Assembly (NCBI GenBank): GCA_963668315.1
Contig: OY764216.1
Span: forward strand, 2,816,001 to 2,880,000
Source: Spirochaetia bacterium
GTDB lineage: Bacteria > Spirochaetota > Spirochaetia > DSM-2461
Length of the DNA: 64,000 bases
Direction of reading: 5' to 3'
Shown here: positions 1 through 8,199 of the stretch, piece after piece
How positions within the stretch are numbered: the stretch's first letter is position 1
Layout of the letters: every line of letters starts with the position of its first letter
Made by a program: the position numbers and the translations under genes
Notes under the pieces: generated by a model
Databases searched by the model: none
The model's input: only the letters and a program-made list of their open reading frames with translations
Told to the model about the DNA's origin: nothing

Positions 1-1785
1 AACGGAGAGGGTGATTTCCCTGTCCGCCCTGTTTGTTTCAATGAGTATCTCTTTCCGGGCTTCCGAATACTTGCGGGCATTGGAAAGGAGGTTCAGTATA
101 ACCTGAATAACAGCTTCCCTGTCGGCGAAGACGGGAAGGGGGACATCCACGGGACGGAAATCCAGGATGAAGCCGTCCTTTTCATACTCTTCCCGTATCT
201 CTTCCACCAGTTCACCGGCCAGGCAATTCAAATCGATGGTCTCACGGTTCAGTTTTTTGGAACCCCTGTCCCATTTGGAGAAATCCAGCACATTACCGAT
301 CAGCCGGGTAAGCCTCTGACTCTCTCTGGCTATATATCCGGCATATTTCCTTACTCTTTCCGGATCGTCTTGCTGTCCCTGGGCAAGCATTTCCGAGTAG
401 AGGCGGATGGATGTGAGGGGGGTTTTAAGTTCATGGGTAACATTCGTCACAAAGCCGACCCGCTTCTGCACCTCGTTCATCTGCCTGGAGGAGAGGCGGA
501 ATACGGCGATCATGACCACAGCGAGCATAGCCGACAAGGCGGTTATCAGGAAAGTAAGAAAATGACGCGTCCTGTCAAGTTCCTTCTGGAAGGCTTCCGG
601 ATCGTTAAGTATGATGGCCGTTTCCCAGTAGGGAAGCCAGCGGCTTATCTCTTTGGCGACGAAGGGCCGGCGCCACAGGTCCCGCGTTTTCCCCTCAAAA
701 GGAATAAGCGGTTCTCCCCCGCTGTCCAGTATATTCAGGTACCGGATTCCATTGGCGGGAGATGCCACCGCCTGAACCAGCCGATCTTTTACTCTCTCCA
801 TGGAGAGTTCGCATCCTACAATGAGATCGCCCTGTCTGGCCCAGAAGAGAAGTATGAAGCTGCTGTCAAAAAGCCGGGGAATGATCCCGTATTCCGATGA
901 ACTGACGATTTCCTGAAAATACCGGGTCGATTCCATATAAACCGAGCGCACGACGGTCTGTGTCTCTTCCTGCCGGGGATCGGCGTTAAGCTGGGGAAGG
1001 ACATTTCTTTCCAGATACTGCTGCCCCTCCTCTTCGGCCATGCGGTAGACCTTCTCCTGGACTGTCGGGTCCGATTCAAAAAGCCCTTCGATTTTTTTCG
1101 AACGGAGGGAGGGGAATTCATCGGCAGAGGAGAGGTTATCGGATAGAAGAGCTTCCGGGGCGATTTGATCGGACGATTCGGAAAGGGGAGCTTCCGGGGC
1201 GTATTCCTCCTCCGAGTCGGACGGGATCGGCATGGAGAAGGATTCCATGGCGCTTTGGGGAGCCATGGCCGGCATATCGGGCTCTTCCTCCGCTTCGGGA
1301 AGCGGCTCTTCACTCAGAATCTCGCTGCCGTACTCTTCGGCTATGCTCTGATATACCGGTATGGTTTCACGTCCGGCGAAGAAATTCAGGTAGCGCCAAT
1401 AGAAAAGATTCGCCCCGTCGGAACCGTCAAGTTCGGGATACAGGATATCCCCCGTTTCGTTCAAGGTAAAAACCGTTCCGGCCAGGGGCTGATTCTTTTT
1501 CCACTCTTCCGCCCAGAGGGCAGGGGAGACGGCCGGACTTGTTTCGGGCAGAGAACGGAAAAGCTCTTCCACCAGATCATCAAGGTAAAACTCAATCCGG
1601 CCGTTCGTCTGGTCAATTTCCAGAAGAAGACTGTCTTCCAGGCGGCGTCTCTGTATGATCTCCTCCTGGTTGACCGCCCCGAAGGCGAAATAGGCTAAAA
1701 TAAAGGCGGGAATAAGAATCAGAGGAAAGAGGAAGGCTAATACCGTTTGTCCCTGTCGGCCTGTCATTCCCTTCATTTTAGCCAT
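1..1785 (-). CDS. Membrane sensor histidine kinase (HisKA + HATPase_c), truncated by the left window edge
   Basis: Not in the ORF track because no stop lies in the window. Hand translation gives ATG at 1785, N-terminal TM LAFLFPLILIPAFILAYFAF, H-box FVTNVTHELKTPLTSIRLYSEML near 390-460 and N-box VIQVILNLLSNARKYS near 60-110. Start, TM and H-box were checked to be in one frame. Confidence 0.9.
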   Translation of the reverse strand, partial: MAKMKGMTGRQGQTVLAFLFPLILIPAFILAYFAFGAVNQEEIIQRRRLEDSLLLEIDQTNGRIEFYLDDLVEELFRSLPETSPAVSPALWAEEWKKNQPLAGTVFTLNETGDILYPELDGSDGANLFYWRYLNFFAGRETIPVYQSIAEEYGSEILSEEPLPEAEEEPDMPAMAPQSAMESFSMPIPSDSEEEYAPEAPLSESSDQIAPEALLSDNLSSADEFPSLRSKKIEGLFESDPTVQEKVYRMAEEEGQQYLERNVLPQLNADPRQEETQTVVRSVYMESTRYFQEIVSSSEYGIIPRLFDSSFILLFWARQGDLIVGCELSMERVKDRLVQAVASPANGIRYLNILDSGGEPLIPFEGKTRDLWRRPFVAKEISRWLPYWETAIILNDPEAFQKELDRTRHFLTFLITALSAMLAVVMIAVFRLSSRQMNEVQKRVGFVTNVTHELKTPLTSIRLYSEMLAQGQQDDPERVRKYAGYIARESQRLTRLIGNVLDFSKWDRGSKKLNRETIDLNCLAGELVEEIREEYEKDGFILDFRPVDVPLPVFADREAVIQVILNLLSNARKYSEARKEILIETNRADREITLSV

Positions 1786-1794
1786 TTCCTTCTC

Positions 1795-2928
1795 TTATTC
1801 AAGGCTGAAACCTTTTTCTTCCGCCGAATTTCTTATGGCATCAATGATAGCCGAATCCAGGGTGGACTCGTCGTTTTCCTGCAGAAGGGCCTGCTGCTCG
1901 ATGATATAAGCCTCCCTTTCAGTGCTCAATCTGCCTATCTCCTCCTGAAGGGCCGCCCGTTTCCGCTGCATTTCCGTGAGGTAAGCCTCCCTCTCCTCAT
2001 TATTCATATTTCTCATCTCCTCGGGCAATTCCGCCGGCATGACCTGGGACAGGACTTCCTCCGACTCACTGTAGGCGTCCACCAGATCCCAGTCGGCATT
2101 GCTGTAGCTTTCGGAAGATTTCACCTTGGCCCTTTCCAGAAAACTGCCCCTGTCCATCATCATGGCATTGGCATCTTGGGCTTCCTGCCTCTCCTTTTTC
2201 TCATAACCCGATGACCCATAGCCCAGATAGGTTTCATTCAGAAGCCGGTTCAGCTCCTCAAGTCGGTCATCCTGGGGAGAACGGATATAGCGGGAGACGT
2301 AATCGCTGTTTATATTCATAAATGCTCCTCCGCCCAGAAAAGCTCCCTCTTCCCAGAAGGTGCGCCGTCCTTCTTCGGCATCTCCGCAGAATATGGTATT
2401 AACGGTAATGTCCTTACGTGAGGAAAGGCGCAGCGCCCGGGTAAAATCTACCGGTCCCTGGTTGAAAGGCTCATTCCCCGCGATAAACATGAGACGCAGG
2501 GTTTCGGGGCGGTTATCCCAGTCCAGTTCTCCGGTGGCGGCCGCAATAACATTCCCGCAGTATTCGCTTCCCCCGTTAGTCGTGAGGGAAAACAGAACCT
2601 GGGAGAGATAGTCCAGATCCGAAGTGAAGGGAACAACCTGCCGGATGTAGCCGTCAAGAACGGATAGGCCGTCATTGCCGTATTCGTAGAGTCCTACTTC
2701 AAGGCGTGGCTGTTCTCCCCGTCTCCTTTCACGGGCCGTATGGGAAACGATTTTCCATAGCTGGCTTTTCGCCTGGTTGATTAGGCCGTCCATGCTGTTC
2801 GAAGTGTCCAGAAGGAGGGCCACCTGGATAAGGGGGGTATTCCCGGGGTAACCGTCATAGGGCGATACCTGGGCGCTCAGGGCGGCTGCGGTCAGGGTTA
2901 TCCATAAAATAAAGCTGGTCTTTTTCAT
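1795..2928 (-). CDS. Secreted von Willebrand factor A (VWA) domain protein
   Basis: Signal peptide; MIDAS motif LLDTSNSM; NGGSEYCG and FIAGNEPF motifs; C-terminal coiled coil. Confidence 0.85.
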   Translation of the reverse strand: MKKTSFILWITLTAAALSAQVSPYDGYPGNTPLIQVALLLDTSNSMDGLINQAKSQLWKIVSHTARERRRGEQPRLEVGLYEYGNDGLSVLDGYIRQVVPFTSDLDYLSQVLFSLTTNGGSEYCGNVIAAATGELDWDNRPETLRLMFIAGNEPFNQGPVDFTRALRLSSRKDITVNTIFCGDAEEGRRTFWEEGAFLGGGAFMNINSDYVSRYIRSPQDDRLEELNRLLNETYLGYGSSGYEKKERQEAQDANAMMMDRGSFLERAKVKSSESYSNADWDLVDAYSESEEVLSQVMPAELPEEMRNMNNEEREAYLTEMQRKRAALQEEIGRLSTEREAYIIEQQALLQENDESTLDSAIIDAIRNSAEEKGFSLE

Positions 2929-2995
2929 TTTTTCACCTCTCTTTGTGATCTGTTCATAGTGTATTACCCTTCCAGTCCGGGGTTGTCAGAGAGAT

Positions 2996-3021
2996 GTAAA
3001 GAGTTGTAAAAAAAATGTAAA
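2996..3021 (-). promoter_or_regulatory. Three GTAAA direct repeats (2996, 3006, 3017); candidate OmpR/CpxR-family regulator site upstream of the VWA-kinase operon
   Basis: GTAAA-gagtt-GTAAA-aaaaat-GTAAA with 10-11 bp period; the first pair matches the CpxR-type GTAAA-N5-GTAAA pattern. Confidence 0.45.
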
Positions 3022-3167
3022 AGTGTGAAAAAAGTGAATAAAAATGTGTTTTATGTGAAGATAGTACTTGATCATGTTTTCCAAAAATGGTATTTATTAG
3101 TGTATAAACAAAAGATGCATTTAAATATGATCTAAAAAAGTCATTTTATGACGAAAAGTATAAAGAC

Positions 3168-3192
3168 AGCTCCCGTGAGGGAGCTTTTTTTT
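3168..3192 (+). terminator. Intrinsic terminator with no annotated + strand gene upstream
   Basis: AGCTCCC-GTGA-GGGAGCT followed by a T tract. Confidence 0.8.
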
Positions 3193-3310
3193 ACATTTAT
3201 CTATAAAATGTTCATATAATCTTCAAATTCCCTATGTCTTTTCTTGACAATTATTTGGCCTTCATGATATTTTCCCCACTCATTTATATGTAAAAAACGG
3301 GAGAATTTGT

Positions 3311-3928
3311 GTGAACTTTTTTGCTCTGGTCCAGATGGTCCCTTTGTTGTTTTCAACAATGGAGAGCCGGGAGATCGAATGGTCTGACGAGCCGGCATAC
3401 GAAGAAATAATAGGACAGGATGAAATCGAAACTGTCCAGGAGGAAAGGACGGCCGCAGAGCTGTCCGTATCGGCGGTTGAACCTGCCGATTCCTATAACA
3501 TACCGGATAATGTACCATCTGATATTGAAGTTTTACTGTTGAAGTATTCTGTTAAATACGGACTTCCCCTGGATGTTGTTGTCCGACTTTCCGAAGTGGA
3601 AAGCAATCATGGAGAGTATATCCGCAGCGCCCATGCCAATTTTGACGGCTCCTTCGATATAGGAGTACTGGCTTTGAACTCCAACTTCATCGACTATTAT
3701 GCCAAACGTTATTTTGAAGGAAACCCTGAGGATTTTGATCCCTATAATCCGGAACATAACATCCAGACGGGACTGGCCTATCTGGCCCATCTCAACAGCC
3801 TGACCGACGGAGATATAAAAGCGGCGGTTACGGCCTATAACTGCGGCTACCGCTCCATGCTGGCCGGAGATATCCCCAACTCCACCAGGCGTTATGTCCG
3901 TGCCGTCGTGAACGGGGAGAGGCTATAG
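3311..3928 (+). CDS. Lytic transglycosylase (SLT domain)
   Basis: Catalytic motif LSEVESN, DIGVLALN, PEHNIQTGLAYL, AVTAYNCG; TTGACA -35 at 3244. Confidence 0.85.
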   Translation: MNFFALVQMVPLLFSTMESREIEWSDEPAYEEIIGQDEIETVQEERTAAELSVSAVEPADSYNIPDNVPSDIEVLLLKYSVKYGLPLDVVVRLSEVESNHGEYIRSAHANFDGSFDIGVLALNSNFIDYYAKRYFEGNPEDFDPYNPEHNIQTGLAYLAHLNSLTDGDIKAAVTAYNCGYRSMLAGDIPNSTRRYVRAVVNGERL

Positions 3929-3943
3929 GCATACCCGTTCCGG

Positions 3944-3972
3944 TTGACGGCGGCCGCCATACGGGCTATAGT
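3944..3972 (+). promoter_or_regulatory. sigma70-type promoter for tmk-aroDE
   Basis: TTGACG-N17-TATAGT. Confidence 0.65.
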
Positions 3973-3992
3973 CGTATATCCGGGAGACGGCC

Positions 3993-4673
3993 ATGCTTAT
4001 TGCAATTGACGGAATAGACGGTTCCGGTAAGGGAACCCAGACAAAGCTTTTATATAACTACTTAACTGAAAAGGGACTGAAGGTTGATTTCATTTCCTTT
4101 CCCCAGTACTCCTCTTTTTTCGGATCTATGGTGGGGGAGTATCTTAACGGCAGGTACGGGACGCTGGAACAGGTCAATCCCAAACTGGCCGCTCTGCTTT
4201 TTGCCATGGACCGGAAGGATTTCTTCGATAAAAACCGCCTGGAAGGGGATGTCATTCTCTGCGACCGCTATGTTCCGTCCAATATCGGCCATCAGGCGGG
4301 ACGGGTTCCTTCCGATGAAAGAGATGATTTTGTCCTTTGGCTGGAACAGCTGGAGTTTGAGATAAACCGTATCCCCAGACCGGACCTCTCCATTATTTTT
4401 GACATAGGAGTGGAGAACTCGGCGAAACAGGTCGCCCGGAAGCAGAAACGGGATTATACCGATCTTTCCCACGATATTCACGAGCAGGACAGCTCTTATC
4501 TGAAAGATGTCCGGGACTATTTCCTTTCCCTGGGGGTGAAGGACAGTTACGAACTTATAAACTGTGAGGACGGAAATAGGAATGTCCTGCCCATACCGGT
4601 CATATTCGAAAAAGTGAAAACTCTGGTCGATCCTCTTCTCAAAATCGGGAAAGGAGAGCCGTCATGTCTTTGA
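3993..4673 (+). CDS. tmk: Thymidylate kinase
   Basis: P-loop IDGIDGSGKGTQ, SFPQY, ILCDRYVPSN, PRPDL. Confidence 0.9.
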   Translation: MLIAIDGIDGSGKGTQTKLLYNYLTEKGLKVDFISFPQYSSFFGSMVGEYLNGRYGTLEQVNPKLAALLFAMDRKDFFDKNRLEGDVILCDRYVPSNIGHQAGRVPSDERDDFVLWLEQLEFEINRIPRPDLSIIFDIGVENSAKQVARKQKRDYTDLSHDIHEQDSSYLKDVRDYFLSLGVKDSYELINCEDGNRNVLPIPVIFEKVKTLVDPLLKIGKGEPSCL

Positions 4674-6160
4674 TTACTCTCTGCCTTACCGGCACGGATC
4701 TTTCCGCCGACAGGGGATATCTGAAATCCTATGAGGGCAGAATCGATCTGGCCGAGCTGCGCCTGGACTGCCTTGATTCGTTAAGAAAGAAAGGAACGGT
4801 GAATACAGATGAGGTGGAAGCCTTTGTCCGTGACTCCTCCGTTCCTCTTATCCTTACAATACGGAGAACAGCCGACGGGGGCTTTTACAGAGGGTCAGAG
4901 AAGGATCGTATAGCCCTTATGGCCGATCTCGTCAGTCTGGGGTTCGCCTATGCCGATCTGGAGGACGATCTGGAGAGCACCCTTTCCGGCCCGGTTGAAA
5001 AACTGGCCCGTTCCTCAGGCGTCAGGATAATTAGGTCCTTTCATGATTTCAGGGGAGTGCCCGAAGACCTTGCCGAAAGGATAAGGCGGAACGGGGAGAA
5101 GGGAGACCTTCCCAAGGGGGCCGTTACCTTTTCCCATTCCAGGGACATGATTCCCTTTCTTGAAGCCTGCCGGAAACTGGAAGGGGTGGAAAAGATTCTC
5201 CTGGCCATGGGAGAGAGGGGATTCTTTACCCGGATACTGACGGAGAAACTCCAGTCATATCTGACTTTTACTTCGCCCGCCGAAGGTGCGGCCGGAGCCT
5301 CGGGTCATCTGGATCCGGATCTTCTTGTTTCCCGTTACCGCTACAGGGAAATCCGGAACGACTGGCCCCTGTTCGGGATAATAGGAAACCCGGTCATTCA
5401 GTCCCGCTCACCGGAGCTGCATAACGGCTGGCTGGAGAAGAGTCGCCTTCCCGGCGTCTATGTGCCTTTTCTCCTCGATGATCTGGCGGATTTCTCCCGG
5501 ATCGACGAACTTCTCGGTTTTCAGGGCTTGTCCGTGACGATTCCCTTTAAGGAGAAGATTATTCCCTTTCTGGACAGCCCTTCCGAAGGGGTACGACGGA
5601 TCGGAGCCTGCAATACTTTTTACAGGAAGGACGGCGCCGTCATGGGAGAAAACAGCGATGCTCCGGGATTTCTTTATCCCCTCCTTGACCGTCTGGGGCT
5701 GGAGAGAGATAGCGAAAGACCTCTCGAAGGAATGAAATGTACTCTCATAGGAGCCGGCGGGGCATCCCGGGGTGTTCTTTTTGCTTTGGTTCAGGCCGGC
5801 GCCAATGTACTGGTCCTGAACCGCACAGTGGAGAAGGCAGATAAACTGGCCGATGAATTCGGTGCCCGGGCCGCCGTTCTGGGACCGGAATCGAAGGAAC
5901 TGATGAGAGAGTATAACCATGTCATCGTCCAGACGACCAGCATGGGAATGGCTCCCATGGAAGAGAGGGATCCGGTGGATTTCTACCATTTCTCAGGCGA
6001 GGAATTTCTTTATGATATTATCTATAAACCCGCCGAAACGGTTCTTATGAAAAGGGCGGCCCGGTCGGGCTGCCGGACTCTGGGCGGCTGGGAAATGCTC
6101 AGGGAACAGGGAAAGGTTCAATTCGAGCTGTTCACGGGGCTGCCTGTCCCTAAAGGGTAA
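4664..6160 (+). CDS. aroE: Bifunctional type I 3-dehydroquinate dehydratase / shikimate dehydrogenase (AroD-AroE fusion)
   Basis: N-half ELRLD, ILTIRRTADGG, SFHDF, AMGERG; C-half GNPVIQSRSP, SVTIPFK, GACNT, NSDAPG, GAGGA, NRTVEKA, DIIYKP. Confidence 0.92.
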   Translation: MSLITLCLTGTDLSADRGYLKSYEGRIDLAELRLDCLDSLRKKGTVNTDEVEAFVRDSSVPLILTIRRTADGGFYRGSEKDRIALMADLVSLGFAYADLEDDLESTLSGPVEKLARSSGVRIIRSFHDFRGVPEDLAERIRRNGEKGDLPKGAVTFSHSRDMIPFLEACRKLEGVEKILLAMGERGFFTRILTEKLQSYLTFTSPAEGAAGASGHLDPDLLVSRYRYREIRNDWPLFGIIGNPVIQSRSPELHNGWLEKSRLPGVYVPFLLDDLADFSRIDELLGFQGLSVTIPFKEKIIPFLDSPSEGVRRIGACNTFYRKDGAVMGENSDAPGFLYPLLDRLGLERDSERPLEGMKCTLIGAGGASRGVLFALVQAGANVLVLNRTVEKADKLADEFGARAAVLGPESKELMREYNHVIVQTTSMGMAPMEERDPVDFYHFSGEEFLYDIIYKPAETVLMKRAARSGCRTLGGWEMLREQGKVQFELFTGLPVPKG

Positions 6161-6260
6161 ACATCAGCCAGAGGAAAAGGGCTCCCCCGCCGATTACGCA
6201 CACTCCTATGCCCAGGGAGAGAATGGTCAGCAGCACTTCTTTGGTGTTCATCTTGTTCAT
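6150..6260 (-). CDS. Small (36 aa) single-pass membrane protein, apparently leaderless
   Basis: MNKMNTKEVLLTILSLGIGVCVIGGGALFLWLMFTL*; preceded by TTGACC-N17-TACAAT, then 6 nt, then ATG. Confidence 0.65.
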   Translation of the reverse strand: MNKMNTKEVLLTILSLGIGVCVIGGGALFLWLMFTL

Positions 6261-6291
6261 AGGCCGATTGTACCCCAAAGGCTTCCGGTGG

Positions 6292-8199
6292 TCAAGAAAG
6301 GAGGGAACCGTGGAAACTGATCACTTCCAGTATTTTCCTCACCGCTACCGTCTCTTCTTCCCCGGTTTCTTCGTTGAGAAATACAAGATCGCTCTCCTCC
6401 CGGCTGTTCTGCAGTTCCAGGGGAACGGCCCGAACCGTTCTCAGCCCCCCTTTTCCCGGCAGCTTCAGTTCCAAAAGGGGAAAAGCCGATTCCAGGGATG
6501 ATGAAACAATACGCAGTTTGCCGTTGAAATCCAATCCGCCCGCTTTGCATGGCTCGCTGCGGAGAACGGCAGGGGAAATCTGCTCGGGAAGAATGACGAC
6601 GCCCCTTTCAATACGGTGGAGAAATTCCTTCTCCTGTTCCTCCGGCAGATTCAGGGTCATAAGTTTGTCCATCAGGGCTGCCCGATCCTCTTCCGCAAAC
6701 GGGATCGTGGAAATATCCGCCCCACTCTCCCTCGGAATATGGATGGAAGAGGCTTCCGGAAAATCAAGGACGGTACCTTGGGGAAGAGCTTTATGTTCCT
6801 CGAAAGGATTCAGTCCCACATCGGCCAGAAGTGATTTCCAGGTTTTCTCTGTATCTTCCCGCATGAGGAGCCACTCCTCGCCGATGGACTCGATAATATG
6901 TTCTTCCAGGTGGGGTATCTGATTGATCAGACGGCGGGGATAACCGACTGCTTTTATTAGAATGCCTGAAACCCTCTTCAGGGAGTAAAGCTGTTTTTCC
7001 CACTCTTTGAGGTTGGTCACCAGATTTCCCGGCAGCGGACTGCCCGTCATCTTTTCCAGATCGTTAACAAGGAAATCGCAGGTATTTCCCCGGCGCAGGC
7101 CCGATTCAAAGGATTCTCTGGTTAACCGGAAACGGTAGAAGGTTTCCCCCTTCTCCAGATGACCGGAAAGAACCAGACTTGCCGAGAAAGGAGTTGCCGG
7201 CGGCAGATCTATATCTCCGTTAGGCTGAACAAGTACTTTGGGGCGATCATCCGGTTCGGTATATGAGGGAGAATAGAAGGTGATTTCCTCCTCCTCCCTA
7301 TGGCAAATTCCCAGAAGGGATAGACGGGCGGGCAGCTCAGTCCACCTCTGCAGGTCATGGCGTGAGGGCTGGGGCGTAACAAAATAGAGAAGCCTTGTCC
7401 ACCCAAGCGCTGAGATGGCACCTTCCGAAGGCAGGTAATCATTCAGGTGGTCAAGAAGGTACCTCAGTTTTCCCCTTTCCCGCTCCGGTCCGTTCAAGAG
7501 GGCCAGATACATTATCCTGTCACCGGCGGAATAGGATTCAAAGCGGGCAAGTTCCTCACGCGGACCGATAATGAGGCCATTCCCGCGCTTCTCCAGTAAT
7601 CCGGCCGTCAGAAACAGCTCCGCCAGTTCGGTAAAAAAACTGTCCTCCCAATGGGAAGGGTAGGGGAGTTTCTCCTGCAGTTCTTCAATAATGCGTCTCC
7701 GGGGAGTCCCATCGTTCAGGAAGAAGGATTTCTCCTCGGAAAAGTAGGAGAGAAAACCCATCAGGAGACGGTCATCGGGGCGAAATGGAACTGTCTCAGC
7801 GCCGGATCTCTTCCGTATGTCGAGAAAAAGGGAGAAGCGCAGAACGCCCTGTTCATGGAGGAAAGGTTCCAGTTCCGGTGTTATGTAGAAGGCGCCGGAA
7901 TCCTCATAAATCAGCAGCCTTTCTTTGAGGTTGTTTTTTTTCTCATCCGACCATTCCAGGGGAAGTTTATCACCCGGTACGTTTTGCAGAAAATGGATAA
8001 CGGAGAGGATGATTTTCTCTTCCTCTTCTATTCGTGAGATGAGAGCCCGGGCATTTGTTTCATTGCTGAGCCAGAGGGAGAGTTTCTTAATCATTTCCTG
8101 CTTGTTATAGGGAGTGGTAAGATTGACGACATAGTTTTTCATGAGATTAAGAAAGATATTCTCCTCAAGGGCAAAGAGGCTCTCCTCCCATTTTGTCAT
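6292..8199 (-). CDS. XPB-associated helicase-associated-domain protein (Helicase_C_3-like)
   Basis: VLVQPNGDIDL...YRFRLTRESFESGLRRG...PLPGNLVTNLKEW resembles the N-terminal domain of the adjacent XPB; ATGA overlap with XPB. Confidence 0.75.
   Translation of the reverse strand: MTKWEESLFALEENIFLNLMKNYVVNLTTPYNKQEMIKKLSLWLSNETNARALISRIEEEEKIILSVIHFLQNVPGDKLPLEWSDEKKNNLKERLLIYEDSGAFYITPELEPFLHEQGVLRFSLFLDIRKRSGAETVPFRPDDRLLMGFLSYFSEEKSFFLNDGTPRRRIIEELQEKLPYPSHWEDSFFTELAELFLTAGLLEKRGNGLIIGPREELARFESYSAGDRIMYLALLNGPERERGKLRYLLDHLNDYLPSEGAISALGWTRLLYFVTPQPSRHDLQRWTELPARLSLLGICHREEEEITFYSPSYTEPDDRPKVLVQPNGDIDLPPATPFSASLVLSGHLEKGETFYRFRLTRESFESGLRRGNTCDFLVNDLEKMTGSPLPGNLVTNLKEWEKQLYSLKRVSGILIKAVGYPRRLINQIPHLEEHIIESIGEEWLLMREDTEKTWKSLLADVGLNPFEEHKALPQGTVLDFPEASSIHIPRESGADISTIPFAEEDRAALMDKLMTLNLPEEQEKEFLHRIERGVVILPEQISPAVLRSEPCKAGGLDFNGKLRIVSSSLESAFPLLELKLPGKGGLRTVRAVPLELQNSREESDLVFLNEETGEEETVAVRKILEVISFHGSLLS

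Noticed and set aside
370..2214. + strand ORFs 370-900, 1165-1698, 1747-2214 and - strand ORF 816-1313
   Set aside because: They overlap the real - strand kinase frame (missing from the track) and the VWA gene
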